Part shown: positions 11,074 through 23,269 of the stretch, piece by piece
Layout of the letters: each line of letters opens with the position of its first letter
Numbering within the stretch: the stretch's first letter is position 1
DNA from: Spongospora subterranea f. sp. subterranea
Lineage: Eukaryota
NCBI GenBank assembly: GCA_049724395.1
Contig: JAUGWO010000128.1
Coordinates: 1 to 64,000 of the forward strand
Length of the DNA stretch: 64,000 nucleotides
Direction: 5' to 3'
The notes under the pieces: model-generated
Told to the model about the DNA's origin: nothing
Seen by the model: the letters and a program-made list of their open reading frames with translations, nothing else
Database searches by the model: none
Translations under genes and position numbers: made by a program

Positions 11074-14000
11074 GGTGTGGTTGAATGTAAAACGTGGGAA
11101 AAAACCAAATAACAGCAAAGTATGGAAAACAAGTGAAAACAAAACACTGGAACAATCAACACCATACAGTGGCGGAAACAGCAAAGGACTCCATACATCA
11201 TGCATGGTGGAGATAAAGAATACGAAATACGTATTTAGAGATGTCATCGGAATAGGAAACTGCGCTTTCGAGGCGATCAGAGCATCAGGAGCGATCCCGA
11301 ATATGACAGTGCAAAACCTACGAAAGGAAATATGTGAATTCGCTAGAAATCCTGAGCAAGGAAGAACCTTTGCTAAAAAATTAAAACCCTATATAGGATC
11401 GCTGCCAAACAATGACAGCATAGGATTGGATGAATATCTGAATATAATGAGTATCGATAGACAATGGGGAGGGTTGTTCGAACTCACCATAGCTGCATAC
11501 AAATTTAAAATGAACATAACCGCTACCGGCAAGTTCTCGCACATAGTGTCTATACGCGGATACCCGGATTCTGCCGGCCCTGGTATGTACAAATTCTTAG
11601 TCGACTACGCACTGTATGTTGGTACCTATGGGCACAGCCAGTTGGGATGCGTAACAGCCAATACCGGCAAGGTGCCAACACAAACTGCGGGCGCCCCGGA
11701 ACGCCCAACAAGAGGAAACAACTCATTAGATATCACCATTGCCAATCGACAGATGGCAAAGGAGATCTTACAATGGGACGTGCACGCAGAGCTAGGCAGT
11801 GACCATTCACCGACAACAATAGATACTACAATTAGAAGAAAATCGACGCAAAGGATTCCCCCTAGCCGTAAAAGAATACAACGAATTGACACACGAGCGA
11901 CAACGAAAGCGTTAGAAGAGGAACTGCAGAATGTTGGAAGCAAGAACATGGGACTAACAGCTTTCATTGACCTATTGCAAAATAGCATTAAGCACAAATA
12001 TGTTAGACAGAATAGATGCAAATTCTGGACCACGAAACTCAAAATTGCGTTAAACTTGCGAAATAAACTCAAGCGCAAACACCAGGAAGCCATACTGAAA
12101 TGCAAAAGCCAGCAATTTATTGCACGGCAGCACACCGAAATGCGAAAAGCGGAAATATCATTGAGGAAACAATTTCAGAAAGCGAAAAATGCAAGCCTTA
12201 GAACGGAAGTTAAACAGGCATGTATGGACGAAACAGGAGCCAAAATATGGAGCCTGGTAAAGAAGATAAGTCCTCAAACCAACAAACGGAGACGAAAGTA
12301 CGAAACACAGAAAGTTGATGCAAAAGATGAAGCGGAAAAAATAGCTGACAGTTTTGAGGCAATCTACAGCGAAGCAGACCTTAACCTCAATGAGCATGAA
12401 CAGCGTGAACACGATCTACTCATTGAAAAACTATGGAAAGAGAGAATCTCTCAACCACCGGAAAAGATTACTTTGAGAGAGCTAGAAAGGGCAGTTGTTA
12501 AGGCCAATAGGAAATCAGCAGGAGGAATTGATGGAATACCGAATAGTCTCATCAAAGAATTATGCAAAAATGATATGAACAAATACGCGTTGCTGAATTC
12601 AATTAATAACGATATTATAGATTTAGGATACTTCCCACAAGATATGAAAATAGCGAAAATCAGACCATTACCTAAAGATAAACCAGGTGAATATAGACCG
12701 ATATCATTATTGCCTAATATAGCCAAACTGGTAGAAGGGATTATTGAACACAGAATAAGACACCAAGCGGAAAAGCACATACCTGATAACCAATTCGGGT
12801 GCAGACCCGCTCATAGTACTACGCATGCATTGTTAAGATTGCTGCATAATGCAGGATTAGCAGCTGCTAAAGAACAACAATTCGCCCTAATTGTATATGA
12901 CTTTATGAAAGCCTTTGACAGAGTACAGAGAACACTACTAGTACGAAAGATGAGAAATATGGGAATAGACTCATACCTAATATTATTGATCGACCAATGG
13001 TTGACAAAGCGAATATTCCACGTGTGCCACAGGAAAAATACTACAGAGCCGCATTATCAAGAGAACGGAATCCCTCAAGGATCCAGTATTAGCGTCTTAT
13101 TATGGATTATATATATCTACGATGCACCAATAGAAACGGTCAATAGTAATGTTTATGTAGATGATACCACACAATGGGCAACAGATTCAACCAAATGGGA
13201 AGTAAAAAATCAACTGAGGGCAGAGAGTTCAAAGCTGCAAAGCTGGTGCACAGCAAACCACATTAAGATACAATGGCTGAAAACCCACTTATTATTCAAT
13301 GAACATGCTCATAGAGACCAAATAACTGTCAACGAGCATAAAATGAAAACAACAGACACAATCAAGTATTTAGGGGCAACCTTAAGAGCAAATGATGAGA
13401 ATCACCACTCAACAATCAAAATCGATCTCAAAGAAGTAGCAAAGGACATTAAAACCAGATGCAAATTAATGAGAGGGCTACGAAAATATGGAATTCCAGT
13501 TTCGACCTTTCAAAAAATATGTCGAGGATTCATAGGCGGAAAACTCAATTACTACCTGCCATGGCTTGCAGCGGAAATACACCAAACCATGAAGACCACT
13601 CTGAACCCGATGGAAATTGCATATAGAGACTATATGAGAACATATACAGGATGTTTCCCATCGACACCAATCCCATTATTACATGCGATATCACGATTCC
13701 CATTATTAAAGGATAGAATAATCACAGAGACAACAATGACAGTACTTTCAGCACAGGCAAATGGCACATTATTAGGAAGTGAATATGCTGCCTGGAATGG
13801 AGATGGCGATGGATGGACCCCATTAGGGGAGGTATGGAAAGCACTCAAAGAGAGAGTACCTGACACATATGATGCAGTTCATACTAGGACTGATATACCA
13901 GCACGAATATTGGAGGGATTATATAAGGTCAAATACCATTCCTCAAATAGGGAAAAAGCAATAAAAAAACACAAAAAAGGAAAGCTATTGCCGACAAACC

Positions 14001-14937
14001 CAGATATCGAACTATGGACAGATGGGAGTTTTAATAAGGATGTTGGCGGAGGAGCGGCAGCTCTGCTAATTGATTATACAAATAGAGATGAAAAAGGCGA
14101 GACCAACGAAGAGATAATTACCGTTAAACTAGGAACAGAAGTGACATCATCATATGAATGTGAGATTATTGCACTGAATAGTGGACTAGATATAGCTGTA
14201 GACCAGAACTATGAGGGAAGACATATCCACATAATGACAGATTCCTTATCATGGATGAGTCAACTACAATCCTTACCGATAAAACCAAGGAGAGTGAACG
14301 CTATCGTTGCGGAATGTGCAGATAAATTAGCGAAATTAACAAAAGAAAACATGGTGGATATACACTTTATACCAAGTCACGTGGAAAACGACAACAATAA
14401 TGAAGACGAGATGAAAGTCCCCATAGGACACAGCGATGACATTGATCAACTAGCAAAGCAAGCATCGATGGACGGCGATGAAATTCAACATGACCCATTT
14501 ATATCATCGTTCAAACTGCATCTTAAAAAAGAGAGAGAGAAAACCTTGAAGATTACATCAAAGAACGAGTTCAAGCTAGCAGATTCAAAGGATACCCAGA
14601 AAGGGATAAATTTAAGATATTAATGACGCTAAACGAAAGGAAGATTGAACCTACAACCCCGCTTCTCAACAGAGCAAGAACTGGGCACTCTTGTGCAAGA
14701 AATCACCTGAAGAACCTGAATATGGATGACAGTAACATATGCAGATGGTGTAATACGGAAATAGAGACGATTGAACATCAGGTGTTACACTGCAAGGCGT
14801 TACAAGGAAAGTTGAGTAAAGTCAGGAAAGAGTACAAAGGTTTGAACACCTCATCATTTGAAAATGCACTGTGGGAATACCCGCAAGAAATGAACAGGAT
14901 CCTAAGAAGGGCAGTGAAAAAGAGGTGCTACATCTAG
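10994..14937 (+). CDS. LINE ORF2: OTU-like protease, truncated APE, RT, RNase H, C-terminal CCHC finger (last part frameshifted, 14623-14937)
   Basis: GIGNCAFEAI/WGGLFE; NSLDIT/GSDH; YRPISLL, QFGCRP, DFMKAFD, GIPQGS, YVDD, KYLG; WTDGS, TDSLS, FIPSHV; CRWC..ETIEHQVLHC. Confidence 0.9.
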
Positions 14938-15498
14938 AACCACAGGAACCCGAATCCGAATACACGAGCAGAAAATGCACTGTGGGAATACCCGCAAGAA
15001 ATGAACAGGATCCTAAGAAGGGCAGACGGCGATCGAGACAGTGAGAGAGAGGAGGCAGCCTAGATAAATATTTTCCGAAGAGGAGTAAAACCTCGATAAA
15101 AAATCAGCTACCTAACCGTAGCGAAGAGGGGCTACCTCTCTAAATACAGGCCGAAGAGGAGGACAACCTCTATGCAAAAACCGAGCTGTCTAGTAAGGAT
15201 GCGACCTGGTTAGGCCAAAGGGTGTTCCTTAGGGAATTTTTAGTGTCCCGGATACAGAGTTTTCCGGGTACGTTTTTTAGTTGGGACGGAATATGTAGGA
15301 CTATTCTAACCCCACACTACCCTTTGCGTCGACCAAAATGCTGAACTACCGGCGAAGGTCTCATATTTCGGGTGCGAGCCTGATACTGGGAGGAGCTTCT
15401 GAGACGCGAGTCGAAGAAACAAATCTTGGCCCAATAGCCGTGGGACCGGCCGACCTGCATGAAAAGTGCAAACTCAATCACAAAAAAAAAAAAAAAAA

Positions 15499-15870
15499 GA
15501 GCCGATAAGAAGGAGCAGCGTGGTCAGGCGTTCACCGCAGAGACGCGTGTACATCATTTTTCGAATCCGTGATTAAATCGCCGAGCAAGGCGTCGTCCAA
15601 AATGAACCTGCCAGGTCTGATCGAAGCGGGCTTGGACGCTTGGAGAATCTAAGAAAGTTTTCAGAGCGCTTTAAGGCGGAAGATTACCAGTTTTTCGGAA
15701 AGCTTCTGTATGAAGTGTTCTTTTCACAAGCTGTCGACGGTCCCGGCGATGAACAGGATCGGGATCACATCGAACGATGTGTGACCCGATGATTTGCGTT
15801 ACAATGTAATCCAGACATTACCCAGATTCCACATCCTTCCGAAGCTTCATAAACCTGGCACAACCAAGGC
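15499..15870 (+). pseudogene. Degraded Penelope-like RT remnant interrupted by the LINE (5' part lies just upstream of 8888)
   Basis: ADK..SSVV-like motif across the TSD and PRFHILPKLHKP at ~15821-15856. Confidence 0.5.
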
Positions 15871-16478
15871 TCCGGGTATGTTCACTGGCCGGCAGGTGAT
15901 AACTAATAACATTGTGTCAGACATGCGACGAAGGAAGCAGCCTGCGATGAAGTAGCGCCACACATTTGTCTGGCGCATCTTTGTTTGGGCAAAAATGGAT
16001 AAGTTCGACGGTGATCAGTTTGGACAAGGAGGTTGGACCTCAGCAGCTTTCCAAGGCTATCTCTCTGCCAATCAAATCGGGCAAATCATTGGTTTTGAAA
16101 ACATAAAGCGAAAGACAGCGACAAAACCAACCCCAGCCAACCAATCTATGGGGTGTATTGGATAGAACTGGGAGAGATTTCTCCACATTTCAATAGTGCC
16201 GCGGCCTTTGATGAAGAGATTCATGAGCGATCAAGAATCCTGGGAAGACCTGGTTCCCATTCATCATCTCCAAGGACGCACTCGATCAGGGTTTTGTACT
16301 TGAATCGACAGGCACTTTACAGAACAGCATGAGATATTTTGTCAGATTCAGCTCCGTCAGATTCACAGTCATCGTGGTCGTTTTCGATTTGAAGCAAACT
16401 CGACAAACGGACGGTGTATCTTTCCACATATACTTAGGTGTATCTTTCTATTGTGTAAACGGGGGGTGTACCGTCAGT

Positions 16479-19303
16479 TAGGCCTCGGCAAGGTACGGTA
16501 CGATACCTTTAGTACCCGGTATTTGAAAGTCCGTACCCCGTACCTTTTAAAGATAGGGTACGAGGTACGGGTACAGGGTACGGTACGGTACAGGCTCTGT
16601 ACCGTACCCGTTGTACCTTTTAGGTTGTTAGGGGAAGGTACATTGTAGGGACTGCGTACCATACCCGTAACCCGTTATATGGAGCTGTCCCCTGTCCGTT
16701 ACGGTCTTACGGAATAATTATTCTCGGAAGCTGACATGACATGCCCGTCAGTCCGTGATCCTGAATCACCGCGTCATTTGAGGTCTCGAGTGAAAATAGA
16801 CCAGTTCGCCACGTAATGGAAGACCTCGAGTACTTGTCTGAGGAACCACTACTCACGACGGCTGGATCCCGAAAAAGGCACAAAGTCAGTTACGTCTGGG
16901 CTCACGTTAGGCAATATGACGCTGATCGTGACCGAAATTCAAATGCTGGCAAGTCCCAGTGCCGCTTCTGCTTGCATTGGTTTTCTGCGTCGATAAACGC
17001 GTCAGGATGGAAGCGTCATCTGCTGAATCATGGGATCAAGGATCCTGCGTCGCAGTCGGACTCGAGCCACAACTCCTCTGGGTTGCGCCTATCCAAGCAG
17101 ACCTTGCTCCCGTCGCCACCCAACCCGAAAGAAACTGCATTTTTGCATAACTCTGTGGTTGATTACGTCGTGACGTCTCTCTCGCCTCATAATGTGGTAG
17201 AATGTACCGCCTTTAAAAAGTTGATTTCGACGTTTCGCCCTGGCTATATTTTGCAATCAGCCAGGACGATTGGCAGACGCGTTTTGGAACTATACGTTAT
17301 CACACTTCCCTTGATCGCTGCTTTCTTACAAGACCTTCCTTTCAAATTTTCGTTATCATTCGATGGCTGGACCAACGCCCATATGAAGGTAGTTTTTGTA
17401 AATATTGTCAATGTCCCAGATGTTTAGGTTGGGGTTTCTGCAGGGTTTTTACATCGTAACCATTCACTTCGTGGATCCAGCTATAGGAAAGCTTCGCTGC
17501 ATGCTCCTCAACGTGTTTAGGCCGGACCCTGGCGATGGAGTTGGAAAACGGTTATCAATCATGCTGTTTGATTTTCTGTCCTCTTTGGGAGACAATGTTT
17601 TGCAGAAGGTCCGTGCCATTGTTACTGACAACGGTTCGGACGCAATTGCTGCCGGAAATTATTTTGTCAACCTTTGCAAGGAACGATGTTCAGAGGACCC
17701 CAAGTTCCAGCCTTGCTGGTTAATTCGCTGCGTCGATCACAGTATCCAGCTTGCTGTAAATGAGGCGCTTCGCTTCATCAATCAAATTAATGATAAGCTG
17801 CGGTGTATTCTTCCAGCGATTCGACATAGCAAGACGCGACGCGAGGCGTTTCGCAAAGAAGCTGCTTTAAGAAACCAAACATCGTTGGAACCTCCGTGCT
17901 TGGATTCGAAAACGCGATGGGGATCGACCCACGAGATGTCGAGTCAGAGCTATGACAAGCGCAAGATAATTGATCACTGCGTCGAAGCCTTCGATGATTT
18001 ACAAGATTATGCTATTTCAACGGAGGAGTGGCGGCGCATTGGACACGTCGCTAAATTTCTCAAACCCATTCGAGAAATTATGGAAGGCTTATCCGCAGAA
18101 ACGAGTAGCACCATCTCCATGGTGCAAGATCAAATTGATTTTATATTCAACCATTGCGAGCAAGCAATTATCTCCAGTTTTGAGCCTGAGCTGATCAAAC
18201 TTGCCGCACAGAGTATGATGAACAAATTAGGTACCTACCGCAGCAAGCTGACTGGTGTTCACACCAAAATCGCTGAGTATTTGGATCCAAGGTTAGAGAA
18301 GCCTTATGATCCCGACGAAAGGAACGAATTGAAATCATTCATTCGTCAGTAAGTCAATCTGACATGGGTTCATGTGCAACGAGCCGATTTATTACTTCAC
18401 AGGATTCTGATCACCCAATATGGATTCCAATTGTCCCAAGATGGTGTGGTTCTTGCAAATGCTTGCCCGGTCGAAGCTTCCGGGAGTGCTTTGCTGCTTC
18501 GTCGTCGTCGACTGACTCAAACACTTCCGATGCAAGACGAAGTGGACAAGTTTCTTAATGTATACGAAAATGAGGATGTTGATCTCATATCCTACTGGAT
18601 TTGCCATGCAAAAGCTTACCCTTATTTGTTTCTCCTGGCAATGGATGTTCTTGCCATACCATCGTCATCTACCGCTGTGGAAAGAGCTAATTCTGAGGCA
18701 GGGCGAGAGTATTCAGATCACAGAATGTCACTGTCACCAAACATGTTTACAGCATCCATGTGTGTCCGATCATGGATGAACAACGGATTGGAGCCTCCCA
18801 AAGACCGACATTCAGCCGCTAAAGCACTGTCCTCAGACTTCAGTGACCGGCTCTTAGATCTTCAAGTTCAAGAAGATGTCCAAGAAATCGTGATACAAGA
18901 AGGTCACGTGCTACCTGCGGGGTAATGAAAGTACACTTTCAACTGCCAATATAAAAACCATGTGTTCATCGTATTTGAAGAAGCATATAGATGAAAGTTG
19001 AATTCAAATTAACGGGACTGGTTCGTGGAGCGCGGCTATGACGAGGCCTTTGTCTAAAACCGACCATAATACGCACGGGTGTTTCAGGCCAGCGCCATGT
19101 TTTTGAGGGTACGGTACAGGTACGGGTACGGTACGACACAGCCGGTCTGTTAAAAGGTACAGGTACGGGTACAGCCATGAAGTGTATCGTACCCGGTACC
19201 GTACCCGGTACGATATAAATAGCCTAAATGGTACGGGTACAGGTATTGGATGGGGTAAAATACCGTACCCAATACACCTCGTACCATACCTTGCCGAGGC
19301 CTA
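16479..19303 (+). mobile_element. hAT DNA transposon, structurally intact
   Basis: 25-bp TIRs TAGGCCTCGGCAAGGTA(C/T)GGTACGA; 8-bp TSD CCGTCAGT (16471-16478, 19304-19311); GTAC-rich subterminal repeats. Confidence 0.97.
16816..18925 (+). CDS. hAT transposase, 3 exons (introns 17389-17443, 18349-18402), 666 aa if spliced this way
   Basis: BED finger VWAH..CRFC..KRHLLNH; FDGWT, VTDNGS, CVDH, KTRW, PSSSTAVERANS; GT-AG introns restore the frame. Confidence 0.92.
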
Positions 19304-21184
19304 CCGTCAGTTGGTCGCACTTGACTGGCCATTCCCTTCCAGCAGCTGTGTGACCGAGGGGTCATTCCGGCGCTGTTTCAAGAACTGGGCATTGTGCATA
19401 GAAAAATTGTTCCGCCAATATCTTCATCCAGTGAATCACCCATGGCTTCAAGTCATCATATTGAGATTTTTACCATTCATTCCAATGAGGTTGTGGCGCC
19501 GTGTTGTTGTCGATCATGTCGAATAAATTCATTCAGCTATTGCATCTGTTTGAGCAACATCAACTTTGCACAGATTCATTTCTTCATCAATCGCGCCAGA
19601 TTGAAATTCGCGACCAACCAACACCGTTTCCAGTCGAAAATATTGTGGACTGGGTATAATCAAACGCAATTGTACATGAGAGCATATTCACTTCATAAGC
19701 ATAATCAACAAATGATGGATCAGCAAGTTTTGTCTTCACTGTGATCTCACATAATATGATGATTCAAAAGAAAAAGTTCGTCAACAGTATTTTAGGTAGC
19801 CATCATCATTCCATGCCGCTTGTCGGCTAATGATTGGGATGAGCGTTCGCCCAAGGTAGACGAGACTTCTTGGCAAAGAGAATCCAGGCGCTCCCTTTCT
19901 TTCAAGATCATGAACGTAACTGTACCTTCTGTGCAAACTTACCCACAAATTGCTATTGCGTTTGGCTCGAATACGCGACAGGTCCGTCGCCGTATCTTCG
20001 GACCTTTACCTTGCTATCTTGAAGGTAGCACGCAGATCGCCACCAGGGTACCACGAAAGTGTATGTAGACGAGAAAACATAAGTATGTTCTCTCAAGTCT
20101 TTGTCGACCTTCCAACACCGCAAAACAAAAGAACATGCACACGTGAGGAATCGTCACCCGTGCTGAAACTGTCTACATGCTATGCGAAATTTTTGATCAA
20201 AAGCTTTCATGTAGTCGTATTTGCACCAGTTTTGTTCCTGCAGCTTCGGCAATGCAGAGCCCTCCAACGGCGTTTCTGGAGATGAGCCGCGACATCCCTA
20301 TGCGCCCATGCAATGATCCTGCGTATCCCAAGATACGCAAGTTTTGTCTATCCTTATTGTATTGGTGTAGTCTTTGGGCAGCGAATTCCGTCCTTTCGCC
20401 ACTAGCGCTGGGTTTTCCACCTATCAATTCAGAGACGACGTCAATTAAAATAAACAAACGTAGAAAGCAAACCTGTTTCACCCGATGAGGAATTTGCCGT
20501 TGTTGGAGCGGGCGACGGCGCCCGAAATTGAGTTGGGCTGATATGATCCCACCGGACATCTGTCAGTTCGTCAAACGATCCGGTCTGCGACGCAGTCTGG
20601 ATCAAAGTCGTAGCGCTCGATCTGCTCGTCAGTGATGGTGTCGAATAGCGCCACCTCTCCGAGAGCTAGAAAACTGCCAGGCTGGAAAGCAACCAATTTG
20701 TGCCGATATCGTGGCTGGCAATTGACCAAGAAACCCATGAACGCAGGGCGTGTTTTCTTTTTTGATTATGAAGGCGATCGGGTATACGTCAACTAAACAA
20801 TTTCGAACCTGTTCGAACTGAAGCTCAACCAGAGCAAAACCTCAGTTATCAACCAAGATAACCAACGGATGTTGTTCACCAACCTGATCTTCAATGCCTG
20901 ATGTTATTCAATACCGCCAAAGATTTTTAGACCGAATGCGAGAGGGACTTACCAAACTGGTGGGAAAACGAACCTTCATTACCGGTTGGTGGCAGGTTAG
21001 GACCAGGTCAGTGTGAGACTTGAGTTCGACTTTTGCTTTGATTAGGCCATTTCGATTTAAGCTGTTAATCCAATGTCTGTTATTGTCTATTAACAACATA
21101 ATTTGGTCGTGATGACGATATCAAGTTGAACAAACTTTCCTTCGGTGGTTTGAAAGGTAAGGACGTCCCTTCACGGAAGAATGT

Positions 21185-21300
21185 TTCCTACAAAGATTCC
21201 AGAAGATCCACGAGCGGCTATACTCTGATGATGTCTGGACAGCTATTGTATAAATACGAATCATCCAACAATCAGTATCAACCAGTCCACAGCAAAGCTG
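21185..21300 (+). pseudogene. Small Copia RNase H remnant
   Basis: DSRRSTSGYTLMMSG. Confidence 0.55.
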
Positions 21301-23269
21301 TCAATCCACCGATATAAATCGTTGCCAACGATTCTTCCCCTGAAGTGCGCCAATCGGCCATCTTGTCAGTTGTACTTCAACTGGATTAACGACCAAAACA
21401 CAATATTTGTGATCCCCAACGCCAGATCCGACAGCGCCTCTTAAATCGTATTTTCTCGCCCAAGTTTGACAAGCAACTGCATCTGCGACGCCCTCGGGGT
21501 AGCAAGAATGTTGACAGATGTCAACACTGGCATGACGTTGAGAACCGTCCGGGAACAGGCACAACCTGTGACAACGCTCACCCCCGCGAATAGAACGTCC
21601 TTGATCTCAATCGTAGGGTTTGCAAGGTGCATTTGGGGGCAGCATGAACTGTTCATCTCTATAGGAATATTTGACGGATACTTTGAAGCTGTTTCTCGCT
21701 ATAAAAACTGCAATCTTCCCGGTCCTCTGGTTGGTGTGTTGACATCTTTAACACCTTAATTAGGACTCTGATTGTGTATCATGGTAAATTCAGTCTGGTC
21801 AAATCAATTGGTTCCGAGATGCGCGATTAATGATGTCAAAGTGGTAACATCTTCGAGATCATTTTTACACCTACAGAACACTTCTTGAATAATTGTGACA
21901 TCAGAAACCCAGTATCGATGGCCTATACCTGTGTGGAATGGAATCCAGAAACCTTCGAAAGCGTCTAGAGAAAACCAATATTTGGGCAAACCTTCTCATG
22001 ACGCGTCTTGGCAGGTTGATTACGCGATTTTTCGAATCTCGCACCGGTCGGGTTTCAGCGTCAACATTCTCAATTCCAATCAAACAATGAATCTACACCG
22101 TCGCTTGCGAAACTGACGGCGATGAAGACATTGACAGAAGGACCTCTATAAACAAAATGTCGATGAAGCGGTATCCCCAAGCTTCTGGGGAATTTTGATC
22201 GCCGTCACCCCTTGTGCTTGAATCGACAACGAACGCGGACCACACAAGCTCGGATTCCTTGTGACAATTAAAGGTTCGTTCAGAAAGTGCGTACGCAGAT
22301 AAAATATGCGCGGTGATGCTGCGTATTAGCGGGTGCGGGTCATGATGTAGAAGCTCGAACCGGTTTGTGAAGACTTACTTGTTGCCTCATCCTCCTCCGA
22401 ACCACGTCGTCCTGTTCCTGGGGAGCTCGATCGGGAGGATTTGGAAAATGATGGGTGCATCGAGGTGTATACTGAGGCAAGTTTTTGACTGTGATGGAAT
22501 ATGTTTGGAAGATGGCGATAATGACGTTGATGTGCATGTAGGAATTGTCAGTCACATACAGACTTGGTCATTTACGCATTTGTTTAAATACAGTTGTAGC
22601 CAGTTCGTATGATCAGGGTTTTGTCACGCTTGTGTCAATTTCCGAAAATAAAAAAATTTCGCGATGCCAACTGAGAAGTGATTGCAGATACGGCTTCTTC
22701 TGTTACTTCTGTTCTGTAAAGTACCTGTTACTTCTGGACATTCTATTTATTCATAATGATTCTCTGCTTATCCGATTTTCACAAAACACTTTCACGGATT
22801 ATTTATACAGGACTGATCACGTTGAAGGAGATCCATTCTTCGTGTCTCAGTGCTGACATCTCGCTCACTGAACCTGTGCTGCACGAATCATTGATTCTTG
22901 ATCAGAGGATGGCAGAGTTACTGTATTTCCTTTCGGACCGTAGAAAGTTCGAGTTCATCTTGTCACCAATCAAATGCAAGCGAATCCGATGATGATCAGC
23001 AAAACTGCCAGGGAAAACATCCAGGTTAGCAGGGGAACTTGTTTCATCGCTAGTACATCTTCTGACTCTGAGGGTGAAGAAAGGGAGGATAAATGAACGC
23101 CAGGTTGCTGAGGAGTTGAATATCCTGTTTTTGCCGTCGAACTTCTTCAGATCATGACTCGTGATATACGTGAAGTGCGATCAAACCAGGGGAACCATAA
23201 GCCTCCTCCACATGAATAAACAAAAAACAGGAATGACAAATGGAAATCATATTTGCTCCTGTTTCGAAT

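Larger units (their letters stand above)
8889..15498 (+). mobile_element. Full-length non-LTR retrotransposon (RNase H-containing, I-group-like LINE)
   Basis: 13-bp TSD GAGCCGATAAGAA at 8876-8888 and 15499-15511; A17 tail at 15482-15498; ORF1 and ORF2. Confidence 0.93.

Noticed and set aside
15395..15420. Hammerhead core in the LINE 3' UTR (ctgagacgcgagtcgaag)
   Set aside because: Lacks the N7 position and GAAA; flanking stems not found
19312..23250. Genes in this interval
   Set aside because: Only short ORFs without recognisable motifs apart from a tiny Copia remnant; probably decayed TE sequence
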